Below, in pieces: positions 12,330 to 25,449 of a stretch of 64,000 nt of DNA (its first letter is position 1; each line of letters begins with the position of its first letter). The notes below the pieces were generated by a model, which searched no databases, had not been told where the DNA came from, and saw nothing but the letters and a program-made list of their open reading frames with translations. Source of the stretch: Vicugna vicugna (taxonomy: Eukaryota); NCBI GenBank assembly GCA_013265495.1, contig MU058384.1, positions 5,638,792 to 5,702,791 of the forward strand. Reading direction: 5' to 3'. The position numbers and the translations under genes are program-made.

Positions 12330-12810
12330 TTATTCATTCCTGTGCTTTAAATACAACCCATATGTCTTCCTGAAATGTATCAGTTCTCTAAATGCCTGTT
12401 CCTATTCCCACTTGGCTGCTTAATATTCCCAATCAGATGTCTTACAGGCACCTTGAATTAATCATGTTCAAAAATTGAACTCTGGATTTTCCTTCTTACC
12501 TAATTTTATTCTTTCCCAATTCTCCCCAGCTCAGTAAATATAATTGCCATCTATTCATTTGTTAGAGTCAGAAATCTCAGAATTATTCCTCTTTCTTTTC
12601 TTCTGTCATCAATGCAATGAATTCATCAGCACATCCTACTGAGTTTACCTCTAAAACAATTTTTTTTTTAATTCCCCGTCTCTTAATCTCCAGAGCCTTG
12701 GTGTAAACCACCACCCACCATCTTTTGGACTCTTTAATAAAGCCTTTTTACTCTCATGTCCAAATCTACTCTTCCTTGCCCTTCATCTCCTTGACTGTCC
12801 CATGAAGAAG
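12330..12810 (+). mobile_element. L2 LINE fragment
   Basis: gatgtcttacaggcaccttgaattaatcatgttcaaaaattgaactc...ctcagtaaat...gtcagaaatctcag. Confidence 0.75.
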
Positions 12811-14219
12811 TCACAGGACTTTAGTCAGATTATAGCAGTGAGGTTTTCCTGAGGGGAAAAAAAGGCAGTGAAAGAGGAGAGAACTTCCCTAGAGTCTTAA
12901 AGAGAAATGGCCAACTTGACATTAGAAGTCGAGTTCCTTCTTTGGGGCAATAAATTCTGTTACCCTCTCGGATATTTACTGTTATGGCTTGTTTTTCTCC
13001 TTTTCTTAATTTACTTTCTTTTTTTGAATTAAAGAAGCATTTACTTTTGTAAAGAATTGAGGTATTTTGACCCTCTGGGGAATAGCCAATGCTAATTTGC
13101 TTTAGCTTCAATTATGTTACTCACACCCACCTACCTCAGAGCAGAAAAAAAATTATAGGGGTTGGAAAAACTACCAGAGGCTCCAAAACCCTATCAGAAG
13201 GAAACAGCCTAATTCTTTCTTTGAAACTAGAATTAACAGATGTATCCCAACACTGAGTATTTCCAAATTGGAAATCTTTTTTTTTTCCCATATCAGATAA
13301 CCTTTTAAAAGTGGTTTATTAAACAAGTATAAAATAATGTTAGAGACCATCTTTTTTACAGGTTTTACTGTGATGTCAGCTGACCACTTTGGATGGTGTT
13401 CAAAGTCCTCCATATTCTGGACACATTCAGAATACTTTATACCTGATAACCCACACTCCTTGGTTTAACTCTCCACCTTTATTACCTCAGGAATACATTG
13501 GACCTCCATCTCTTCATTTTTATCATTCTTCCACCCAAAAAGTCCTACTTTAGCCCACCCCTCACCCTTACTCTACACTTAGCTAAATTCTACATTTCTT
13601 TTCCAGGACCAAACATATTTCCACGTGATCTGTGACACTTAACCAGCTGCTAGGAATTACACAGGTTACTTTCTTCAAATGCTTCTTCAACTCTTAGTAA
13701 ATACTGACTTACAATAATTACCCTCTACTGATTGATTATAACATACCAGCACAGGTAGCATTTTCATAGCACTTAATTTAGAACATGTTCAATGATTTCT
13801 TTCTCCCTTGTGTCTTACAACTCAGGAATGCAGGTATCCTTAGCCTTGCTTTACCAACAGAAATAGTGGGCATCAGAAAGGTTAAGTAACTTTCCCATGG
13901 TCACACAGATAAGAAGGGCCATATCAGTTGATGAGATTTGAGATTATCTTTCCATTACATCACATCACTTCTCTAGCAAGGGTTGTGGTTTTTCACTGGG
14001 CCTTCTATGCTCACCATCTCTTACTGCAGGAATTTCAGAAAATTGAAACAGAGTTCTTTATTCTCACCCTAGCATTGTAAGATTCTTTAGTCTAGGAGTA
14101 GAAGAGAATCCACTTTTCTCAATTCTTTTTTTTTTAGCATGGAAAAAATTTTAAAGAGAAAACACTGCCTCTTTTCACATTCTTGCTGTCCTCTTAACTA
14201 AGATCCTCCCCCGCCCTCA

Positions 14220-14322
14220 CTTTTTTATTGAAGTATAGTCAGTGTACAATGTTGTGTCAGTTTCTGGTGTACAGCATAAAGTTTCAGTCAGACATATACA
14301 TACACATATTCCTTTTCATATG
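14220..14322 (-). mobile_element. Lineage-specific L1 3' tail
   Basis: ttttttattgaagtatagtcagtgtacaatgttgtgtcagtttctggtgtacagca, typical artiodactyl L1 3' end in reverse. Confidence 0.85.
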
Positions 14323-14726
14323 TTCCATCTTCTAAATAGCTTTTGCCTCCCACTTGCCTTGCATACTGAGAGTCTGCACTGCCATTTCCCTAGCTCACAC
14401 CACTTCCATCCTTCCCTGGAGAAATGACACCAGCCCCTAATTGGCCTCCGGCTGCCGGTCTTGCCCGATGGAACCTTCCCAGCTGCAGTCTAGAAGAATT
14501 TTCTAAAATACGAGTTGATGCTTGATATTTCCCGAATTCTTCAGTGTTTGTGTATAAAGTTTACTAAGATGAGGCTCTTGCTTGCCTCCCTCACCCCTCA
14601 TCTCTTTCCCTTTCTTCTCCCCCTTCCTCATCCACTGAATTCCGTTCTCCAAGCATGTTGAGTAACTTCATTTTCTCCATCCACATCATCCTGCCACCAG
14701 TCCTGGGGTTCTTTGCCTAACATTTA

Positions 14727-15196
14727 CAGATCCCTTACAGAGAGAGATGTCTATGAATAGAATTCAGAAAAGTGGGTGGAAAAACTTACATGTTTATTTT
14801 CATTAACCTCCAACTGAAATTTTATTCTTCCTCCAATTATGAATGTAACCAATAACTACCAGGACTTGTAACTTTATCACTGAAAGAAATCACATGTATT
14901 TTCATATCACATGACAATTGATGAAAATATCACAATATATCACATATGATTATCATTACAGTAGTTATTAGCTTTTATCTAGACCTCGTTTTCTAACACA
15001 TTTAGAAATAATCACATATAGTACTGAATATTTATACAGTACTAAATTTTTTATTTTGCTGTTGTTTAATGTAATCAATTGCCTTTGTAATCCTATGTAT
15101 TTTATTTTATTCATTAAAAACTTATTCTCGGAAGGGACCTTTAGGCTTCAACAGACTCTGAGAAGGGCTCAAGGCTCAAAATGTCAAGAGCCCCTA
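14727..15196. mobile_element. hAT-Charlie DNA transposon relic (Charlie4a-like)
   Basis: ttacatgtttattttcattaacctccaactgaaattt...ctttgtaatcctatgtattttattttattcattaaaaacttattctcggaaggg...caagagcccct, recalled consensus match; inserted in L2. Confidence 0.7.
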
Positions 15197-15727
15197 TAGT
15201 TGTTCCCCTTCCTTAGAAAGTTCCTCTAAGCTTGAACTCTGCACTCTTAAACTGGCCAACACTCACTCGTCCTTAGGGTGGGATTTGAAGTTAGCACTCG
15301 AAAGTCCTTTCCCTTATCCTCCAAGACTGGGAGCACTTCCTGTCTGTCTCATTAACAGTGGACTTTCCTCCGTTATGGGTTGATTTCACTATGGTAAGAT
15401 TACCTTTCAACCATTTGACTCTAACACACATGAAAGCTCTTTGAGGCCAGCCCTATGGCTTTGTCCCTTTTATACCCACCATGCCCAGCATGCGGCGGTG
15501 CTCAGTAGTCCTCTGTTCAATGTTGTCTGATTCTCACCCCATTTTAGCAGCATGCCATCCTGAACCATTCCTTCATACAAACGTTTATTCTGACTCTACT
15601 AGTACCCAAGGACTCTCTAGACACTGGAAACAAAGCAGAAAGTAACACACAAAGAAATTCCTGACCCAGATGCTTACACACTCGTGAAATGAGCTAGTCA
15701 TTAAACAAGATTTAGAAAGTAAAACAC

Positions 15728-16010
15728 TTCAGTCACAAAAGAACAATACTATGTGATTCCTCCTATAAGTGACGTAGAGTAGGCAAATTCAGAGACAGAA
15801 AGTAGAATGGTGGTTGCCAGGGGCTGGGGTGGGAGGACTGGAGGATAAGGAATTACTGTTTAATATGGACAGAGTTTCAGTTTAGGAAGATGCATCTGGA
15901 GATGGATGGTGGTGATGATCACACAACAATGCGAATGAACTGAACTGTACACTTAGAAATGGTGAAAATGGTCAATTTTATTTTATATATATTTCATCCC
16001 AGTTTGAAAA
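15728..16010 (+). mobile_element. L1MB-type 3' end
   Basis: gagacagaaagtagaatggtggttgccaggggctggg...gagatggatggtggtgatg...actgaactgtacacttagaaatgg; flanking aaagt(a/t)aaacac repeat. Confidence 0.9.
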
Positions 16011-17146
16011 AAGTTAAACACACGATATTGGATGGGAAATGTGCTGGAGCAAAGTAACGGAGTGAAGGAGGGAGGAGGAAGGACCAGTAGGTAAGAGGCT
16101 GAGCTAGACCTCACCACTACAGGATTTCTTACTGGTTTCTGCTCAGGACCTGAGCTACAGGCACAAATCACATGTTTGGAGGAAGATTCAGGAAGACATA
16201 AATCTTCCATATGATCATCAGTGGGTACCAAGGTAAATGAGTTGCTAAATTCCCAAGAGCTGGACACCTTTCATTCCCCTCGTGCCTCCGGGAAAAGCAC
16301 ACAGTCCATGGGGGAAGTCCTCAGGAAGATCACCGGCTTCTCAGATTGTCACTTGGACCTACCATTTATCTTTCTGTGCCCATTTTCAGCTTGACATAAG
16401 CACTGGTCTGCTGTGCATCATCGAAGAATTTATGAGGCCATTTGAGGAGGTGACTATGATTCGTTTTTGAAAATCAGATAATTATATCTGATTTATGTCT
16501 CTAATGGCCTCGTAAATCATCTTAATATCCATGCTTCCCAGAGTTTAGCTTTATCCTATTTACCTTTCTGGACTCACAAAAGATAATCAATGGGGAGTCT
16601 AAGTCTAATTGTAATCTTTTAGGAAGTCGTCTCACTTCTATTTTTTTTTATTAAAATACAAGTTTTTATTAAAGTAAATATTATCAAATCTTGAAGTTTA
16701 AAGGTTTGATATCAAAGTTTGATTTATGAAACATCAAAACAATCGATTATAAAGTGAAATTTCTATCCAATCAAGGCTGTTTTGGCTTTGCAATGTCAAC
16801 CATACAGCCTAGTTGGGCTTTTTTTTCTTTTTGAAGGTAGTTTGACTAATAAACAAACAGACCTTCTAATACTCTTGTTTGCCTCTAACCTAAAGGTTTC
16901 ATCATTAAGGGACACTATGACCAGCAAAGCCTCATGAAATATTCAGTCTGTTACTCCTTTGTAATGTTATCTTAGTTAGTCATAATTGTTTGAGACTTTT
17001 AAAATTTACAAATCTTTCTCAATGAAATAGTGAGACTTTTACAGCTTATTGGAAACCAGCAAATTATGAGTCATCTTGTATTGTCTAGATCCTAAAGCAT
17101 AGATTCTCATACCTTACTTCTTTGAATATTAAAAACAGTCTCTCCT

Positions 17147-17290
17147 GAGGGAGGGTATAGCTCAGTGGTAGAGTGTGTGCTGAGCATGTATGAGGTCCTG
17201 GGTTCAATCCCTAGTACTACCATCAAAAATAAATAAAGAAAACCTAACTATTCCCCCAATTTTTTTTAATTTAAAAAGTAAATAAATAAA
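17147..17290 (+). mobile_element. tRNA-derived SINE, camelid vic-1 type
   Basis: GAGGGTATAGCTCAGTGGTAGAG (A-box-like head), GGTTCAATCCC (B box), A-rich tail; degenerate flanking repeat aaaaacagtctctcc / aaaaatatcctctcc. Confidence 0.9.
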
Positions 17291-18721
17291 AATATCCTCT
17301 CCCTCTTTTCACCATCTTCTGAGACACTCAGAAAAAAAAAAGAGTTTAGCTGAGAACACAGCCTAGAAACAAGCAAGTTATCTAATTTTAAAGATGACAT
17401 ATGACTTAGAAAATAAGTTTCCGTGACCATGGTGTGCCATTAATTTCCCTCTTTGGGTCTTTTTTAATTCTGTCAAAGAGGACACTTCGTTCATTGTGAA
17501 GATGGATTAGTAGCACTTCTAACATTCTTAGAAAATGGAAATATTTAAGTGACTGAGAAGTTAGAGCCCTTGACTGAATGTGGTATCAGCTGCTGGGTTT
17601 TAAGGTCAGTGAGGACTAGTGTCAAAAGCTTTTAAAAGTCATTTCTTCCATAATTCAGATGCATTTTGGATCCTTTTCTCCACTTTTCTGTATCTACTTA
17701 ATTTCACGTTTGAAAAATGATCCGTCCTTCTATACCATGTAATCTATTCCCAGGCTTTATTTTAATAATGAAATTCATTTGTGCCGAGAAATGATTTCTA
17801 AGGTAGAATTAAAGGCAAGTGATTTAACTTACCTGAGTCTTGCTTTCCTCATCTGTAAAATGCCAAAAGCTCTTTTCACCTCTAAGAGTGAGATTTCCAT
17901 GAAATGATTTGCTGTCTTGGTGTACTTTGTAACTAATGCGTACACCCACCGCTCTCCTGCAGTCCAATGAATCCTCATCTGGACTCTTTCAAAAGGCTCC
18001 TTACAGGGCACTCCACTACCTGTCTCTCCTCACTCCAGACTATCCCGTGCACGGCTGAGCTGCAGATGAACGTGCAACATGCAAGTGACAGGGGTGGTGC
18101 TGACTTGCTCCAGAACTCATTACAAACCCTTAAGCCCAAGGTCCTCAGCGACATGCCACCAACAGACCTGTCCCACTTTCTCTTTTTCCTCTCCTTTATG
18201 TCTCCAGCAATCGTTCATTTGTTTATTCCGGTGTACTTACTGAGGACTGACTCTCTGCTGAGCCCCAAGCTAGGTGCTAGAAGCCAAACCAGATGTGTTC
18301 AGGCAGGGCACTGCTTATGTAAAGATCTGGGTGGGAAGAAGTGGGGAATGCATGAGAAGAGGGATACAGACTGTGTGGCTGGGACAGAGAGCTTGAAAGA
18401 AGGAGATCAATTTGGGAAGTAAAGTGAGAAAACTCCACAGCCCCTCACAAACCTCCTTACGGAGTTATGTCATTATTCTCAGCACAATGAGAAATTCCAT
18501 TGATTGAACAGAGTTGCAATTTTCTACAATTTTCCTCCCCAGGCTGCTGCTTCTGCAGTTTCTTCGGTGTGAACTACATTCGTCATCTCTCCAGCTCATA
18601 ACCATTATCTACAACATCAATTTCAAATGCCATCTCTTCCATGGAAAAGTCCCTCCCCTCCCTAAAACTAATAGAGCTTGTATGAAAGTCGTTTATGTCC
18701 TTATCTTTTCCAAGGACGAGA

Positions 18722-18981
18722 GCTGTAGGATCTGATATGGTGGCTGCATGTGGGTATTGAGCCCCTGAAATGTGACAAATCTGAATTGAGATGTGCTATA
18801 AGTGTAACACACACATCCAAGCTTCGACTCAGTTTGAAAAAAAATGAATATAAAATTTAAAAAACTAAAAAAGAGAGAGAAAATAAATATAAAATACCTC
18901 ATTGATAGTTTTCTGTTGATTACATTTTGAAATAGTAATATTTGGATATATAGGATTAAATCATATTATTGAAGTTACTTT

Positions 18982-19018
<37 letters not shown>

Positions 19019-19228
19019 ATTCAGTGTAGCTAGTGGAACTTTTTTTGGCTTGTTTGTTTATTTGGGAACTTTTTTGCTTTTTTGTTTTTTTAAGCGGAGA
19101 TACTGGGCATTGAACCCATGACCTCATGCATGCTAGCACACACTTTACCACTGAGCTGTTTCCCTCCTCTGAGTGGAACATTTTAAATTACGTATGTGGT
19201 TTACATTATATGTCTGTTGAACAACACT
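18722..19228 (-). mobile_element. MER33 (hAT-Charlie MITE), interrupted by poly-T and a SINE
   Basis: catgtgggtattgagcccctgaaatgtg...aattgagatgtgctataagtgtaa...ttttaaattacgtatgtgg. Confidence 0.85.
19040..19171 (-). mobile_element. vic-1-type SINE inserted into a MER33 element
   Basis: Reverse complement of SINE head (attgaacccatgacctcatgcatgctagc...accactgagctg); TSD agtggaac at 19032-19039 and 19172-19179. Confidence 0.88.
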
Positions 19229-20789
19229 CTTCTCGACTATATACTTCTTGAATAGTGAATATTTATTCAATTTTGCATCTTTTTATGCCCCTAGGAAACA
19301 TGCTAGATTTTCCATAGTAAAGATTTAATAAATATTGTTTAAATGCATTGCCATTCTCTGAAGTATTTTTTTTTAAGTACTTTGCAATTTTAGCACACTG
19401 CCTACTTTCCATCTGAGATGTGTAGTCAAAACTCCACAGTGAAATCACAGGTGGGGAGAGGGACAGTTTTCCCCCTCGGCTCTGAGAACGGCTAATGTAC
19501 CAGACACGCTGTGACCATGGCAGACACACTGGGCCACGACAGCTGATTCAGACGATTTCTTTGTTTCCAAAACAAGAGCCTGTATTGCAGCGTGTGGAAA
19601 GAGCATGAAGACAAGAGGATCTTTGTGGTTTCTCGCTGTTATCTGAGGAAAAAATCTGCGGTTAAGGTTTAAATTAAATTGACATTAAAAGAGCCTTTGT
19701 AGTTACTATGCGTGTTTTAACATCTGTTGCTATAGGTATCCTGACACTGAGCATTACGAATGATGGTTTAGGAGTGATGGAATAAAGTATGGTTTCCTGC
19801 CTCTGGACAGTGTCTAGAGTTGATGTGGTCTTCCTTAATGATGAGACATGGACTGAGGAAAATTGTTAAGAGCATAGAAAACATAACAGAAAGAAAAAAG
19901 GATTAAGATACCAAGCATTCCTGGTATAAAGCAAAAAAGTATTTAGGACTTCCCAGTCCCACATCTGTAATTTTACAAATTATTTTGTGTTGGCGGGTTT
20001 CTGGTTTAGAGCACTTTTTCTTACAGTTCGTGGAGGTTCCCCCATGGCAACCCTGTATCCACATTCTCCTTTCTTGTGAAGGGAACTTTGAGGATGAACA
20101 AACGTATTTTTCACCATAAAATGGTTTGCAGCAACTCTTTGCCAATTTAAAAATCGATTTCCAGGATATTATGGTTTATACCTGGGAAAGGTGGTTCGTT
20201 TTGCACTTCTCCTCTGGGCTCATTTTCTCTCTGCCTCCCTTAGGCACCTTCTGCTTTAACCAAACTCAGCTCCTCATTGTCCCTTCAAATGCCTGCTGCT
20301 GATCTAGGTTCCTCTCAGTCTCCACCCTCGCCCCACCCAAGGGTTCTCTCTGAATGTCTCCAGTTAAACTCCCCTCAAAAGCGTGTCAGCTTATCAAGTT
20401 GCTATTGAAGATTCAGTATGAAATGAATTCTCACCCCAGTCTCTCTCCTGAGATGACATCAGCCTATGGCAGGCTGGCTCCAACCCGTGTGCCTCGTTTG
20501 GGTTTAATCGATTGTGGCCAGTTTGACAAAGTCACATTATTGGTTTTTCCTCAGAAGGAAGCAGAGGGTGTGACTGACACCCAGAACTAATAATCTCCTC
20601 TCTAATATACCATGTATTATATGTATTAGTGGAGTGTTCTTTCTGTTTATTTCTCAATAAATTCAAGTAAGCTCAAAGAAATTTTGTTAGAAATAATTTA
20701 TTTAATTTACCAAGCATAGTGAATATGGCAGGTGCTAGAATGAAAATGTGTTTGTGTATTTGTTGTTGAGCTCCAGCACGTTCTGTGGA

Positions 20790-21010
20790 GAGGCAGCAGG
20801 AGGTGATAGAGAGGACTCTGAAAAAAGTCAGACCTGGATTCTGCATCTTATTTGCTGTGAGACTTTAAGCAAGTCAAGTGACTTCTCTGAGCCTCAGTAT
20901 CTTTTATCTATAAAATAGTGATGATGTTGACCTTGTTGGGTATTATGTGTAAGAGGTGATAATTACCCAGTGCCCTGAACCCAGCAGGCCTTCAGTAATA
21001 GAAAGCTGCT
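20790..21010 (+). mobile_element. MIR SINE
   Basis: agtcagacctggatt...gcaagtc...acttctctgagcctcagt...atctataaaat. Confidence 0.8.
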
Positions 21011-23143
21011 TTCAATGTATTGGGACATTACTGATGGAATCATTGATAGAAATTTGACAGCATTTTTACTGAAACTAAGTCCTTATTTTACTGAGTCCTG
21101 AACGCTTGTGAATCTAGAATGGAGAAAAATATCAAACTCAGGTTCTGTAACCTCACATATTGCATCACTCATAGATTATTACATTTTCCATAGTCGTTGA
21201 TAATATATGGCACCAAAAATTCAATGAAAACAAATAAAAATGTCTCAGTCAATCATTAGGATTTTAGCATATTTGATAGCCAGTGTGACAGTCTTATTAC
21301 AAAACAGTGTCATCTTTAATAAAAATGTAAATTTGTATAAACCTTTATATAGTTTGCAAAGTGTTCATAAACATTAGCTTCACTGATCCTCACAATAACT
21401 ATTCTGTTCTGGAGGTAGGCATCTGATGGTGATGGTGATAATGATGATGGTGGTGAGTGTTGGTGGTGATGATGATTAGGGAAAGGCAATAACAACCTCA
21501 CCCAGGTGGAGGAGAGGTTGCATATGTAAGAAAACACAAGCCAAGGAGGTCAGAGTTCTTAATTCTAATTCTCAATCTGGATCAAAAAAGAAAAGTTATA
21601 AACATTCATTAGGAGCATATTAAACTGTCACACATTTTCTATTTGGTCTTTGCAATGGTCCTATCAATTAGATAATATTTCCATTTGGTAAATGAGGATG
21701 TTAGGCTCGAAGAGTTTAGTAACATGATCAAGTTTAAAGCAAGTGTTCCAGTCAGAATTTAAATCCCAGCTTGCCATGTTCTTTTCACTATAACCAAGGA
21801 TTTAACTTGGGCAAGTTATTTAACTTAATTAGCCTTTATTTTCACAGCTACAAGAAGGGTCTAAGCAAGCCCTTGGGACCTTTTCACCTCTGACCTAGTC
21901 TGGGTCAGATGTCCCTTCTTGCAGACTAGTTTTCAGCCTGAATGATCTGAAGACACCCCAAGAGGCCTCTTGTTTACCTTCCTTACTGTTTTATGCATTA
22001 GAGTCAACCCTGAGTCTGGTGAAGTATGCAGCATCCTTGTCTTAAGAAAATGGCTGGTGAAGTGAGACAGTCCATTTTGGAAGGCCACCCCTTCAGCAAC
22101 TCCTTGCTCTCAGCCAGTCTGAATCCATTGCTCCTAATATGTGTTTCTCAGCAAATTTGATCTCTGTATCACTTAAAAGAAATGACTAGCCTTTAGTATA
22201 GTTCATTGTCTCCCATTTAGTTGTACATTTTTTTTGCCTCCATAGCACCTAACACATAATAGCCTTCAAAAATGTTTGAACATATAAAGGAAGGGATCTG
22301 CATTGAAAATACAGCACAATGATCCAGATGAACCCGAAGCTGGAAATCTGGATCCATCCATAGAACTGGGTGCCCAGTTTACACTAAATGACACGCATGT
22401 GTGCATTTACTTTTTGGAGAAGCAGGCCCTATACAGGGACAGGAGAGTAGTAGTGGGGTACAGGCCCTTGAGAATGCAGAAGGTAAAAACCGGAGGGGAT
22501 TGTACAGCACCTGCTTTCCTGCTCACCTCAAGGGACAGGTCTGAGCAGTGGTGGAGAATGGATGTCAGGACAGGATGCTGAAGGGTGGTGTTCTCCAGTG
22601 GCTTTGAAACTCTGAGCACGAATTATGCCACTGGGGCCTCTGGTGATGCTCAGATAAGACAAAAAGCTTGGCAAAGGAGTGTTTTCCACCCCGCTAAGCC
22701 CCCACCCCCATCCTTGTCCTCTCATGCTGGCACTAACACAGAGAGGCTAGGACATCACAAGGATGCCAGTCACCAGGAAAAGTGGCTGTGCAGAGCCAAG
22801 ACAACACAAGTGGGGCTGGAGGCCCAGATGAGGTTAAACTTGCACAGACACACACACACACATCTGAATGCATTTCTGGGGACACTCTGAGGGGAGACTA
22901 AGAGATATAATTTGGCTGTTACCTTTAAACTGACCTCATTTGCCCAAAAAGGCTCCTGAGGGCTGGAACACATTCAAAGGAGCTAATCAGGTTAATAAAC
23001 AGTTACTTGAGAAAGTTCTTACCACTTGGCCCTGTGACAAAAAGATAAGATGTGTTTTCCTTGTGAGGAAAGAAAAGATACAGGGGCTGCAAAAACTCCT
23101 CCTTGATTTGAAGGGCAAGAGCAGGAACCCTGAAGGCCTGGAG

Positions 23144-23330
23144 CAGTGGTTCTCAAAGTAGGATCCCCAGAACAGCAGCAGCAGCTTCCCCTGGGAGCGT
23201 GATAGAAATGCAAATCCTGCTCCCCATCCTAGATCTACTGAATCGGAAACTCTGGAGATGGGGTTCAGAAATCTGTGTTTCAACCAGCCATCTATGTGGG
23301 TCTGATGCAGGCTGAAATTTGAGAACCATG
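23144..23330. mobile_element. MER5A (hAT-Charlie MITE)
   Basis: Terminal inverted repeats CAGTGGTTCTCAAA / TTTGAGAACCATG; internal agaaatgcaaat...ctactgaatcggaaactctgg. Confidence 0.92.
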
Positions 23331-24404
23331 TACCCAGTGGAATTTGAGAAAAAAATGGGGCTGGCCTGTGATGTGGGAGGAAGCCCTGGCATTTGTACTG
23401 CCCCTCAGTGGGCCCCATTTATGTAATGCCTCTGCCACTGGCCTCCCCTCAACCCCAACAAAGGACGAGGAGCCCAGCCCCCACCCGTCAGAGCACTGCC
23501 CCCCAGACCACGCCCCTCTTGGCCACACCCCAGTGTCTGTCCAACTGGGGTTTCCTGTACAAAAGGCCACAAGCCCTCTTCATGCTGAGCATGCGGTCTG
23601 CCACTGAGCTGTGTCCTCCCCCTGCCATGATGCTTCCTTGCCAAGGCTACTATATGTAGAATTCAGAAAAAAAGTTCTGAAATCCTAGGTCAACTAGAAA
23701 ATCGATATCAGTTGAACTTGAGTAACTCCAAATTCCAAATGAATGAACTTTTCTTCTAGTCAAGGACTAAAAATATTTTTTCCACCACATGCCAGCTCTG
23801 GAAATTTTTAAATATGTTTGTTAAAAATGTCTTCATTTCCAGGAAAACGAGAGACAGCAAATAATTAAGAGCACCATGGAGATTTTAGGAGCTGGAAAGT
23901 CATGAAAAACATACTCAACTCTGTGATTTATTATTTCTCTTTAGATCAGTAGAGAATATTACCTTTCCCTTTTCAGAAATTCATTTTTGAATAGCTCAAA
24001 GTCTACATCCTGTTGAATTAATGTAATTGTATATAATTTAATGAAGTAAAAGAGTGCAGAAACACGATTATGTTAACCACTACCAGACACATACTATATC
24101 CTTCAAGATAACCAGACATAGGGACTTAAATCAGGCATAATTTCCATCTAGGAGAACTAACGATTAGAGTTAAAATGTGTCTCATTCTAAATGAGGAAAT
24201 CCATTATATTCATCTCCAGTGGTAAGGGATGATTATTATATTATAATTATATTCTATATTGGCTCAGTATTTCAGCTAAAGTTGCTGAAGAGTAGAAAAA
24301 ATAATTATAGCAAGCAATTCCATGAAGTGTACATCAGGGAAGATAAAACTCAAGGGAGAAGTCTTCTGTGAGTATGACTTGCAGAGTTGAGCACACAGAG
24401 CACA

Positions 24405-24695
24405 TTTTTTTTTAAGGAAAGTAAAGTGATGATTTTTTAAGGGATGGGTAGTACACTCTCAAGTGGAGAGCGGGCAGGCTCAGATGAGTGGTTGCCCTGA
24501 GTTTTTTTGGTTACATAGGGTGTGAAAATGAATGGGCAGAATATTCATTGGGGAAGGAAGGATTTGGGCTTATATTCCCTGATTTTTACCCCAACTCCAC
24601 CCTCCTGAAGAGAGGAGGGATTTTTGTTCTTATTTAGTCTGGATCAGAAGTGTCATGGCGTCCGTGCATGATGGGTACTTCTAATCTGCAAGGCT
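24405..24695 (-). mobile_element. ERV1-type LTR fragment ending in an A9 tract
   Basis: agtacactctcaagtggagagcgggcaggctc, aatattcattgggg, gtgtcatggcg...catgatggg are typical reverse-strand ERV1 LTR motifs. Confidence 0.7.
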
Positions 24696-25449
24696 ATGGA
24701 GAAATGATAGAGATGTGGAGAGACTGGGTCCTTGAGTTCACTGGTGGTGATGTAAAATAGTATAGCCATTCTGGACAAGTGTGTCTAGCTCCGGGGAGGA
24801 AATTTCTCCAGGGCACACTTTAAATATGTGTTTTATGGACAGTGTTGGCTGATTTCTAAGTCACCTCCTAGCTTTGAAGTTATTTTCATGAGAGCCACTC
24901 AGTAGTTTTAAGACATGCAGACAGTAGCATTAGGCATTACAACATAAGGCCATTTGTGCATTTCAAAAATAGCCTTTAAAAAATAAATTCAGTCCTTTCT
25001 TGATTCTATGCTTATCTAGCATAGAATTTGTTCTTCTGGCTATAATCTCACAGAAAACTTTGTGGGAATTGTACATTACTAAAGCCATTTGGCCTAGAGA
25101 TGCTGCCTCATTTGGTAAGAAAAGCCCTGGCAGTAAGTTTATAAGCTGGCTAGCCTTCCCCAAGTTCTGATCTGCTACAGAATGGTTGGACAACTTCAGA
25201 GAAGCATCAGCTTTATCTTTTGGAAAATGAAAACCATGTGAGAAGTTTTACTCAGTGGATGAATATGCAGAGAGGAGCTCTGGGCTAAATGCAACAGTCC
25301 ACAAATTAGAAATATTGTTTATATGAACCACAGTGAAGTTCTGGGAAGAACAGTTATAACAACAAATAAAATTTCAAAGAGTAATGAAAGAGCTGTATAG
25401 AAGGGACTCATTTAGTGCCTAGAATAACAACAACAACAAAACATTATTT

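Noticed and set aside
17147..17225. tRNA gene (A and B boxes present; same for the other six copies)
   Set aside because: Followed by A-rich tails and TSDs, diverged and multi-copy; these are tRNA-derived SINEs
17825..17840. Perfect minus-strand donor CAG|GTAAGT
   Set aside because: Lies in a MIR core, where this motif arises commonly; no matching acceptor found
17967..18422. Longest ORF in the track (151 aa)
   Set aside because: Overlaps L2-like relics; no recognisable domain or exon structure
22987..23418. 143-aa ORF and neighbouring overlapping ORFs
   Set aside because: Runs through MER5A and a C-rich patch; chance open frames
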